Positions 56,278-64,000 of a DNA stretch of 64,000 bases are shown one piece after another. The position numbers and the translations under genes are program-made. Source of the stretch: Pseudomonadales bacterium (lineage in GTDB: Bacteria > Pseudomonadota > Gammaproteobacteria > Pseudomonadales > JAHRWD01); contig JAHRWD010000013.1 of the NCBI GenBank assembly GCA_019090315.1, forward strand, positions 60,585-124,584. Direction: 5' to 3'. The notes under the pieces are model-generated. The model made no database searches and was not told where the DNA came from. It saw only the letters and a list, made by a program, of their open reading frames with translations. The first letter of the stretch is position 1. The number at the start of each line of letters is the position of its first letter.

Positions 56278-57717
56278 CTAGTTATCTGTACGCCCATACA
56301 CATCTTCAAATCGAACAATATCGTCTTCGCCCAGGTAACTACCTACCTGCACTTCGATCATCTCGACCGGTTCATCTGTACGGTTTTCAAGCCGATGTTT
56401 CTCACCAATCGGAATATAGGTGGATTCGTTTTCCCGTAGCTCAAAGATCTTATCGCTACAGGTCACCTCCGCAACGCCCTTCACAACAATCCAGTGCTCG
56501 GAGCGTTTGTGGTGAAGCTGCAACGACAGGCAGCCACCGGGGTTCACGGTGATGCGTTTGGCTTGATAACCCTGGGAGATCGCAATGCCTTCGTAGGAAC
56601 CCCATGGGCGGTACACTTTTTTATGCAGAGTGGTTTCGCTGCGATTCAGCTTTTTAAGCTGCTCAACAATGCCTTTGACATCCTGCACCTGATTGCGATC
56701 GGCAACCAGTAGCGCATCGGCGGTATCGACCACTACACAATCTTTGATGCCAACGGTGGCGATAAGTCGATTCTCCGAGCGTAGATAGGAGTTATGGGTA
56801 TCTTCACTCAGTACGTCACCAATCACTACGTTGCCCTGTTCATCGGGCTCACCAAGTTCCCACAGTGATGACCACGAACCGACATCATTCCAGCCTGCAT
56901 CCAGGGGTATGACCACCGCACAGTCGGTTTTTTCCATCACTGCATAATCGATAGAATCAGATGGGCACTGTTCAAAGGATTCTGTATCCAGTCGGGTAAA
57001 GTCCATATCCCGCTTAGAGCAGGAATAGGCGGTCATACATTGACTCTGCATTTTCGGTGCAAATTTGGCCAGTTCCTGAAGATAGCGCGATGCTTTGAAT
57101 AAAAACATGCCGCTATTCCAGTAATAACCACCTTTTTCCAGGTAGCTATCAGCGGTGGCCTGATCCGGTTTTTCACGAAACTGATCGACCCGAAAAGTAT
57201 GAGCGTTCATTGAATCACCGGCCCGAATATAACCATAACCGGTATGTGCGGATTGCGGCACAATGCCAAAGGTAACCAGATTTCCTGCTCTGGCTTGTTC
57301 CATTCCCTGTTCAATTGCACGGTGGAACGTGGGAATGTCTTCAATCACATGATCAGCTGGCAGTACCAGTATCATCGGATCCATATCATCAACACTAGAA
57401 CGCAACGCTTCGAAGGCCGCTACTGCCACTGCAGGGGCGGTATTTCGGCCAACCGGTTCAAGAATAATAGCGGCGGCTTTATGCTTATTTTCACGAAGCT
57501 GCTCTGCCACCATAAATCGATGATCTTCATTGCAGACCACGATAGGGGGGCGTATCGCGGCGAGTCCCGCAAGTCTGCCGATGGTGTCCTGTAACATGGA
57601 ATCGGAACCAGCCAACGGTAGTAACTGCTTTGGGTACATAGCCCGCGATAGTGGCCAAAGTCGTGATCCTGATCCGCCGGATAGAATTACCGGGATTAAG
57701 GAGGTGCCCATACTCAT
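56278..57717 (-). CDS. manC: Mannose-1-phosphate guanylyltransferase / mannose-6-phosphate isomerase (bifunctional, AlgA/ManC type)
   Basis: The N-terminal VILSGGSGSRLWPLSR nucleotidyltransferase motif and a C-terminal cupin (GCLSLQLHHKRSEHWIVV). Confidence 0.9.
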   Translation of the reverse strand: MSMGTSLIPVILSGGSGSRLWPLSRAMYPKQLLPLAGSDSMLQDTIGRLAGLAAIRPPIVVCNEDHRFMVAEQLRENKHKAAAIILEPVGRNTAPAVAVAAFEALRSSVDDMDPMILVLPADHVIEDIPTFHRAIEQGMEQARAGNLVTFGIVPQSAHTGYGYIRAGDSMNAHTFRVDQFREKPDQATADSYLEKGGYYWNSGMFLFKASRYLQELAKFAPKMQSQCMTAYSCSKRDMDFTRLDTESFEQCPSDSIDYAVMEKTDCAVVIPLDAGWNDVGSWSSLWELGEPDEQGNVVIGDVLSEDTHNSYLRSENRLIATVGIKDCVVVDTADALLVADRNQVQDVKGIVEQLKKLNRSETTLHKKVYRPWGSYEGIAISQGYQAKRITVNPGGCLSLQLHHKRSEHWIVVKGVAEVTCSDKIFELRENESTYIPIGEKHRLENRTDEPVEMIEVQVGSYLGEDDIVRFEDVYGRTDN

Positions 57718-57767
57718 TGCGTGTTCCTTTATAGAGGTACTAAATTATGTGTTAAAAACAGGTAAGT

Positions 57768-58217
57768 TTAGCGCTGCTTTGTTACGAGAGAAGCCTGCTC
57801 AGGCTTGAGGCCTGGTTTGCTAACTGGCTGACCACTATTGGGGATAACCTGTATGCAACGGTCATCCCACAATTCAATCATGCCGTAGTCTTTCAGGTTG
57901 GTTACCTGAAGATTCTCCAGCCCCTGCTGCTTAAGCCACAGTTCGACAAATTTTTTATGTTCTTTCACCGAAGCGCGGGCAGTAAATATACGTACTTCCT
58001 GCCCTTCGTTAACCCAGTTTTGAACCCGTTCAAGCATTGGCTCAATCGGTTCGCCAATATGATAATGCCCCATCCAGCCGTCGTAGTGGGCCAGCGTGCC
58101 ATCCAGATCAACACCGATCCAGCCACCGGAGCCATTTGGGTCATCCGGCGCGGCTTTAAAAAAACGAAACCAGCCGAATAGTGTTTTCAACATCGACATG
58201 TTGGTGTTTTCAGGCAC
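57768..58217 (-). CDS. Small HAD-like hypothetical protein
   Basis: GVDLDGTLA resembles HAD motif I and IFTARAS resembles motif II. The family is otherwise unrecognised, and the start is uncertain among three nearby Met codons. Confidence 0.45.
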   Translation of the reverse strand: MPENTNMSMLKTLFGWFRFFKAAPDDPNGSGGWIGVDLDGTLAHYDGWMGHYHIGEPIEPMLERVQNWVNEGQEVRIFTARASVKEHKKFVELWLKQQGLENLQVTNLKDYGMIELWDDRCIQVIPNSGQPVSKPGLKPEQASLVTKQR

Positions 58218-58428
58218 GGAATGATTTGATTAGGCATGGTGAAAAAGCGAACGTCCGGCGGAAAAAAATATCGCTCAAGTATAGACAATCATGCGCCCGA
58301 CGTCTTCTACCTAATCTGTGTTATCGACCTGTTAAAGTGGACTCAATATCCCTTGTTTATCAAGAGGTACTGTATAGTTAAGCCGATGTAACTTGCGTAG
58401 ATTACACCTCCGGGTGAAGGAAGCTGGG

Positions 58429-59277
58429 ATGATGAAAACACTGATAGCCGGTTGTGGTGATGTGGGGATACGACTGGCTAATCGCTTACTCAAAAGTGAC
58501 CATGAGGTTTGGGGTGTTCGCCGCAACATCGAAAAACTTCCAAAGGCTATTCGCGCTATTGAAGCCGATATGGCGCAGGCTATCGGGTTTCCGGATCTGC
58601 CCGCTAGCCTGGATTATGTGATTTATTGCGCTGCTGCGGGTGAACGCAGCGAACTACGCTACCGACAGACTTATATCGATGGCCTGAAAAACCTGCTACA
58701 GAAACTTGATCAACAAGAACACAACAATCTTCGAATTATTTTTGTTTCCAGTACTGCGGTATATGCTCAAAACAAAGGTGAATGGGTGGATGAACACTCT
58801 GAAACCAAACCGGCTTCGTTTTCCGGGCAGATCCTGCTGGAGGCGGAACAGATACTGGCGGAGAGCGGCTACCCATATACGGTTGTTCGTTTAGGAGGGA
58901 TCTACGGCCTTGGCCGGGCGCACTTTATCAATCAGGTGAAGAACGGTGAGATATCGGTGAATGAACAGTATCCGCAATATACCAACCGCATTCATAGCGA
59001 AGACTGTGCAGGGGTATTGCAGCATATTATGCAGCTTATAAAACCGGATACCTGCTATCTTGCGGTGGACAATGCACCCGTGAGCCGAGCTGAACTGGCA
59101 GACTGGCTGGCTATTCAGCTGGAAGTTGAACAACCGTTAAGAGGTCCGCAGAATCAGATACCCAAAAGCCAAAACAAGCGTTGTCAGAATAGCAGGTTGA
59201 TTGAGTCCGGTTATCAGTTTCAGTATCCGACATACCGCGAAGGCTATACCGATGTGATTGCTGATCTCTATGGATAA
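58429..59277 (+). CDS. NAD(P)-binding epimerase/dehydratase-family (atypical SDR) protein
   Basis: The Rossmann N-terminus reads KTLIAGCGDVGIRLA, with later Y-x3-K-like and RLGGIYG blocks. Confidence 0.7.
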   Translation: MMKTLIAGCGDVGIRLANRLLKSDHEVWGVRRNIEKLPKAIRAIEADMAQAIGFPDLPASLDYVIYCAAAGERSELRYRQTYIDGLKNLLQKLDQQEHNNLRIIFVSSTAVYAQNKGEWVDEHSETKPASFSGQILLEAEQILAESGYPYTVVRLGGIYGLGRAHFINQVKNGEISVNEQYPQYTNRIHSEDCAGVLQHIMQLIKPDTCYLAVDNAPVSRAELADWLAIQLEVEQPLRGPQNQIPKSQNKRCQNSRLIESGYQFQYPTYREGYTDVIADLYG

Positions 59278-60187
59278 TCAATACCTTAAAGCCGACTTGC
59301 TGCTATTGCTGGTTACGGTGTTGGCTGCGCTAGGCTGGATTTTTTCGAAGGAGGCGCTGGGCGGCCTTCCGCCATTGCTATTTATAGGTACACGTTTTTT
59401 ATTGGCATCTGTCGTACTGTTTGTGGCCGGCGGTAAGCGCTGGGCTGGCTTAACGATTGCACAGTTCCGTATATCGGCCCGGGTGGGCGTATTGTTCGCG
59501 ATGGCGATGATGCTCTGGATTACCGGCCTGCATCATGCCAGCCATGTTGGCGAAGGCGCTTTTATCGCCAGCCTGGGAACGGTTCTGGTTCCTGTTGTTG
59601 CCCTGTTGATCTATCGACAACCCCAGCCACGGGTTATGTGGTTCGCACTTCCTGTTGCAGTGGTCGGGTTTGCTACCCTGGCTTTGGGTCGCGATGGTTC
59701 AAACATGCAGTTTCATCCTGAAGTTGGGCAGCTCTATTTTTTGGCAGCGGCGCTGTTTTTTGCCATTCAGATGAATGAAGCAGGTCGGGCAGTTCAGCAG
59801 GTTCCAGCGTTGATGCTGACAGCGATTCAGCTGCTATTTGTGGGTGTTTTAGGTATGACGGCATCCTATTTTACCGAGCAGTGGCCGACAGAAATATCCC
59901 TGAATATTACCGGATGGGTGCTGGCTAGCGCGTTTATTGCGAGTAGTTTACGGTTTCTAATCCAGACCCACGCACTGGGTCTGGCACCGGTGAGTCACGG
60001 TGCAATGATCCTGACATTGGAGCCGGTGTGGGTGGCTTTGTCAGCGATGTTCTGGCTGGGTGAGACCATGACAGGCATGCAGCTAGTGGGGTGCGGATTG
60101 ATCTTTTCTGCGCTGATGATTAATCGTTGGCAGTGGTTGCTGATGTTATTTGGTCGGGGGTTCGGCCAGGGAAAGGGAAGGGTATAA
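59270..60187 (+). CDS. DMT-superfamily (EamA) transporter
   Basis: 10 predicted TM segments arranged as two EamA-like halves. The start overlaps the upstream stop. Confidence 0.8.
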   Translation: MDNQYLKADLLLLLVTVLAALGWIFSKEALGGLPPLLFIGTRFLLASVVLFVAGGKRWAGLTIAQFRISARVGVLFAMAMMLWITGLHHASHVGEGAFIASLGTVLVPVVALLIYRQPQPRVMWFALPVAVVGFATLALGRDGSNMQFHPEVGQLYFLAAALFFAIQMNEAGRAVQQVPALMLTAIQLLFVGVLGMTASYFTEQWPTEISLNITGWVLASAFIASSLRFLIQTHALGLAPVSHGAMILTLEPVWVALSAMFWLGETMTGMQLVGCGLIFSALMINRWQWLLMLFGRGFGQGKGRV

Positions 60188-60193
60188 AGCAGG

Positions 60194-60245
60194 CAAAAAA
60201 ATCCGGGATCGATCGCGCAACGAAATGCAGCAATCAATCCCGGAC
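60194..60245 (-). terminator. Terminator for the RND operon (minus strand)
   Basis: An ATCCCGGA/TCCGGGAT 8-bp stem with a large loop, followed on the minus strand by T7. Confidence 0.5.
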
Positions 60246-60255
60246 AGGGGTTAGC

Positions 60256-63200
60256 TTAGATTAACTTCTCATGGGGAGCTGTTTTATCCTGCTCCAGCGC
60301 TTCTTCCATTCGTTTGTTGGCAAAGCGGGCCAGGAAGTTCTCAAGTAACGAGTACATCGCAGGAACCACGACCAGCGTCATCAGGGTTGAACTGATCATG
60401 CCGCCAATTACCATCAACGCTAGCGGCAGGTTGGTTTCCGATCCGCCGCCATTACTCAGCGCCGCTGGTGTCATCGCCAGAATTAGCGTCAGTGATGTCA
60501 TCACAACCGGCCTAAAGCGAGTTGGGCAGGCTGCAAGCAATGCTTCATCCACCGACATACCCTGATCTCGATACTGGTTGGTCAAATCGACTAGCAGGAT
60601 CGAGTTTTTTGCTACCAGTCCCATCAATAGAACCATGCCAATCATCGAGTAGATGACGAGCTCGGAATCGAACATCCAGAGCGCTGCCAAACCACCGACA
60701 ATCGCCAGGGGTTGCGCCATCATCACTATCATTGGTTGAACAAAACCGTTGAACTGACTGGCTAAAACCATATACATCAGCAGTAAAGCCATGACCAGCG
60801 CAAAGCCAATCGCCAAAACGGCTTCGCCGAAGCTTCTGGCTTGTCCTTTGACTTCAAGGGTGAAGCCCGGTGGCAGTTTAGTGATCTCCTCTTCAACAAT
60901 AGCCAACGCGTCACCGATTGGAACGGTGGGTGTTGCGTAGAATGTAGCGGCGTATTGCAGACTGAATTTGGACAGCTTTGCTGGCCCTAGCGTTTGCTCG
61001 AACTTGGCAACGGTATCGGCTCGAATCAGTTCACCTGTAGTACGGCTTCTGAGGTAGAGCTTTTTAAGGTCGCCTGGCAAGCCTATGCTATCTGATTTTG
61101 CTTTGAGTCGAATATCGTAGCGATCCTGATCCCCAGATTCATCATTGAAGTACGCAACATTACTACCACCCAGCAGCACATTGACCGCCATTGATACATC
61201 GCTTGCGGCAAGCCCCAGGCTAGAAGCTCGTACCCGGTCAATTGTGAGCTCGATTTGTGGAAGGTCGACCTGTAAATCAGTGTCGACGTTTCCGCCCAGA
61301 TCAGGGTGGCTGGCCAAAATTTGCCTAAAGGGTTCGGCCATCTCCGCCAGTTTGTCAAAATCCTGATGGCGTAGCACAACCTGTAATGGATCGGCACGAC
61401 CACCGCCCATTGGCGACATCGGTGTTACGAATGCGCGAATGCCGGGGATCTTATTCAAATCCGCCTGAACCAGATCCTGAATCTCGTATTGGCCCCGATC
61501 ACGTTCGGTTTTATGGGTCATCCGCACCATCGACATGCCGTCACTTGTTTGAGAACCGGGCATCATCGCCAGGCCACTAAAGTGGCTGATGACTTCAGGG
61601 TAGGTATCTAGCACAGCTAAAACTTTTTTGAGTCGATCCCGGCCGTAGTCAATGGTCGAACCCATGGGCGTTTTGAAGAACACCATGAATTTGCCTTCAT
61701 CGATATCGGGATTAAAGCCTTTGTTGATATTGTTGAAGAAAAATCCACTGCTTAGTACCACTACAGTAGCCAACGCAAGAACCTTCCAGCGATTGCGGAT
61801 ACTTGATCCAAGTGCCTTACGATAGAAATTCTCTGCTCCGGTGATCCACCGCTCGTTAAACCGTGCGATAAGGCCGAGGTCTTGATGAGATTTCAAAAAG
61901 CGCGAGCACAGCATCGGTGTGAGGGTGATCGATACAAAAAACGACGCGATAACGCCAAAGCTGACCACTACCGCGAAGGACTGGAAAAACTTCCCGACCA
62001 CGCCGCTCATGAAAATAACCGGCCCGAAAATCGAAATTAGCGAAAGACTAGAGGCGAAAATCGCAAAAAATACTTCGTTAGAACCGGAAATAGCTGAGGT
62101 AACTGGGTTTTTATCAATAGTGTTTCGATGTCGGTGAATATTCTCCAGCACCACAATCGCATCATCCACCACCACTCCAATTAGCAACAGCAGCGCTAGC
62201 ATGGTGAAGCTGTTAAAGGTGAAGTCGGCAAAATACATCACTGCAACGGCACCAAGTAAAGAAACCGGAATCGCGGTTGCAACAATAATGGTGGATCGCC
62301 AGTCATGCAGGAATACCAGTACCACTAATGCCGCGAGAATGGTTCCCCAAAGAATATGTTCATTCAGGTTGTTGACGAGATCTTTAATGAAAATGGAGTC
62401 ATCGGTCGCGATCTCCACCCACATACCGGGTGGCAAGTTAGGTTCGATCTCTTCCTTGATGACCCGCATAACCTCATCTGATATCGCGACAATGTTGCCA
62501 GTGCTGATTTTGACGATGCCAAGCCCCGTGGTTCGCTGGCCTCTGTATAGGCCGATAGCACGGATATCTTCAAGTGCGTCTTCTACACTCGCAACATCTT
62601 TTAGCTTGATTGGTGCACCTTCCCGGTAACCGACAACCATGGTGCTGAGTTCACGAATGCTGTGGTATTCCTGGTCCAGCTTGATCAGCATTTCGCGGTT
62701 ATCACCTACCATGTATCCGCCCGGGAACTGTAGATGTTCAGATTTAATGGCCCTGACCAGATCGTTAGCGGTTAAGCCAAAGGCAGTAAGTCGCTCCAGA
62801 TCAACGTTGATACGAATGGCGCGTTTACTGGAGCCACCGACCATGGCGTTACCTACACCTTCGATACCTTCAACACGTTTTTTAACCACGGTACGCATGT
62901 AGTGGTCTAGCTGTTGAGGCGTTCGGTCGCCACCAAATACCACCCACATAATTGGGAAAGCACCAAATTCAACCTTTCGGATAATCGGTGTTTTCACGTC
63001 GGTAGGCAGCAGACTGCTGATCACATTGACCTTACTTTGTACCTCGTTAAAGGCAATATCCATATCCTTCGAAGATTTGAAGAATACGATTACGTTTGAA
63101 GCGCTTGGTGTCGAGGAGGCCTGAATATAGTCGATACCCGGCACACTGTTTACAGCGCTTTCGATGATATTGGTGACACTGGTGTCGATGATTTCCGGGT

Positions 63201-63363
63201 TGGCGCCGGGCAGGATGGTAGTAATCGAGATAATCGGAAAGTCGATGCTTGGATAGCGATCAACACCGACCCGGAAAATACTGACGACACCGATCAATAC
63301 GATGACCAGGTTCATCATGTACGCCATCGCGTACCGTTTGATGGATAGTTCAGATAACGTCAT
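60256..63363 (-). CDS. RND multidrug-type efflux permease (AcrB/HAE1-like)
   Basis: A 1035-aa protein with 12-TM RND architecture and conserved blocks (GVVVDDAIVVLENI, LVAKNSILLVD). Confidence 0.9.
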   Translation of the reverse strand: MTLSELSIKRYAMAYMMNLVIVLIGVVSIFRVGVDRYPSIDFPIISITTILPGANPEIIDTSVTNIIESAVNSVPGIDYIQASSTPSASNVIVFFKSSKDMDIAFNEVQSKVNVISSLLPTDVKTPIIRKVEFGAFPIMWVVFGGDRTPQQLDHYMRTVVKKRVEGIEGVGNAMVGGSSKRAIRINVDLERLTAFGLTANDLVRAIKSEHLQFPGGYMVGDNREMLIKLDQEYHSIRELSTMVVGYREGAPIKLKDVASVEDALEDIRAIGLYRGQRTTGLGIVKISTGNIVAISDEVMRVIKEEIEPNLPPGMWVEIATDDSIFIKDLVNNLNEHILWGTILAALVVLVFLHDWRSTIIVATAIPVSLLGAVAVMYFADFTFNSFTMLALLLLIGVVVDDAIVVLENIHRHRNTIDKNPVTSAISGSNEVFFAIFASSLSLISIFGPVIFMSGVVGKFFQSFAVVVSFGVIASFFVSITLTPMLCSRFLKSHQDLGLIARFNERWITGAENFYRKALGSSIRNRWKVLALATVVVLSSGFFFNNINKGFNPDIDEGKFMVFFKTPMGSTIDYGRDRLKKVLAVLDTYPEVISHFSGLAMMPGSQTSDGMSMVRMTHKTERDRGQYEIQDLVQADLNKIPGIRAFVTPMSPMGGGRADPLQVVLRHQDFDKLAEMAEPFRQILASHPDLGGNVDTDLQVDLPQIELTIDRVRASSLGLAASDVSMAVNVLLGGSNVAYFNDESGDQDRYDIRLKAKSDSIGLPGDLKKLYLRSRTTGELIRADTVAKFEQTLGPAKLSKFSLQYAATFYATPTVPIGDALAIVEEEITKLPPGFTLEVKGQARSFGEAVLAIGFALVMALLLMYMVLASQFNGFVQPMIVMMAQPLAIVGGLAALWMFDSELVIYSMIGMVLLMGLVAKNSILLVDLTNQYRDQGMSVDEALLAACPTRFRPVVMTSLTLILAMTPAALSNGGGSETNLPLALMVIGGMISSTLMTLVVVPAMYSLLENFLARFANKRMEEALEQDKTAPHEKLI

Positions 63364-64000
63364 TAGAGACTCTCCTCATATCGTACTTTAGCGCCATCGC
63401 TGAGAAAATAAGCCCCATCGGTGACTACGATATCGCCATCATTGATCCCCGAGGTAACTTCAATTCTGCTTTTCTCCCAATAGCCGGTTTCAATTATGGA
63501 CTCTTTTACAGTGCCGTCCGGTTGAACGATATAAGCAACGGTTCTTCCTGGTCGCTGAACGATTGCCAGATCTGAGACCATCAGTCCAGAGTGCTCATCA
63601 ATGGTCAGCGTACCGTCAACGCTAGCACCGGGTTTCCAGCCGCCGGGGTTCTCTACTTCAACGATTACATCGGAGGAGAGGTTGCGCGAGCCAATATCCG
63701 GACGTATTTCGGTAACCGTACCGGAGGCCGTGACACTGTCTTCGATGTTCAACTTGAGCGTAACCGAGAGTCCGGGCCGCAGTTGATTCGATATCACTTC
63801 AGGAAAGGGTAGTATCACTTGAAGGCGATCGTGGGTACTGGCCTGAAACAACGGTTTTCCCGGTTTAGCGTAATCACCTACGGACACCAGTCGTTTTTGT
63901 AGTTGCCCTGCCAATGGCGCGTAGACTTTAGTCTTGTTGAGATTGTGTCGAATGATATCTTCCTGAGCGCGTGCCGCATCCAGTTGCTGATTTAGCACCT
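63363..64000 (-). CDS. RND efflux periplasmic adaptor (MFP), N-terminus outside window
   Basis: HlyD-like beta-barrel/MP-proximal domains are visible. Its stop overlaps the RND permease start (ATGA-type), and the ORF stays open to the window edge. Confidence 0.85.
   Translation of the reverse strand, partial: VLNQQLDAARAQEDIIRHNLNKTKVYAPLAGQLQKRLVSVGDYAKPGKPLFQASTHDRLQVILPFPEVISNQLRPGLSVTLKLNIEDSVTASGTVTEIRPDIGSRNLSSDVIVEVENPGGWKPGASVDGTLTIDEHSGLMVSDLAIVQRPGRTVAYIVQPDGTVKESIIETGYWEKSRIEVTSGINDGDIVVTDGAYFLSDGAKVRYEESL

Noticed and set aside
1-64000. Scan for CRISPR arrays, tRNA/rRNA genes, IS elements, integrases, attC-like sites and phage or defence-island genes
   Set aside because: I found no regularly spaced direct repeats, no tRNA-like cloverleaf candidates, and no transposase, integrase, nuclease or large-ATPase ORFs in any frame. 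The window looks like core chromosome with a few small accessory insertions.

Overview
A 64-kb chromosomal segment that looks gammaproteobacterial, probably from a marine hydrocarbon- or lipid-degrading organism; this is inferred from gene content only. Coding density is high. I found no rRNA or tRNA genes, CRISPR arrays, transposases, integrases or phage genes. Modules in order: a MocR-like regulator 3' end; a decayed ogt relic; nasT with a sigma-54/ANTAR-type leader, followed by a nitrate ABC transporter (nrtABD-like) and a co-oriented porin; three LPS/O-antigen-type genes; a Cys-rich secreted protein plus cusCBA-like heavy-metal RND efflux; a Phd/ParE toxin-antitoxin pair; DinB, a TPP enzyme, a methyltransferase and RluA; an ECF sigma / short ZAS anti-sigma / DUF3179 operon. 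Next comes a tightly packed 9-gene operon: an ArsS-like radical SAM gene, a DedA-FAD reductase fusion, DUF547 and two transferases (the rSAM/selenodomain-associated or 'arsenosugar' neighbourhood), translationally coupled to a Pst-like oxyanion ABC transporter whose pstA carries an in-frame TAA. The rest comprises small redox and methyltransferase genes; an unknown two-gene cassette; two nitronate monooxygenases; an aldolase and serC; an orphan CYP153 P450 with an AraC regulator; a standalone fabA; a K+ channel; znuA/znuCB; ubiA (5' end problematic); yhbY; an OMP; MFS, acyl-CoA ligase, CoA-transferase and SDR genes; manC; and an RND efflux pair running off the window. The most interesting items are the ArsS-like cassette fused to a Pst-like transporter with no arsM nearby, the pstA nonsense codon, the unknown two-gene cassette carrying a 20-bp palindrome, a 163-bp inverted-repeat element at 55.06-55.22 kb, and the ECF/ZAS/DUF3179 triad. 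All family assignments come from reading the translations and recalling family motifs. No database search was run.
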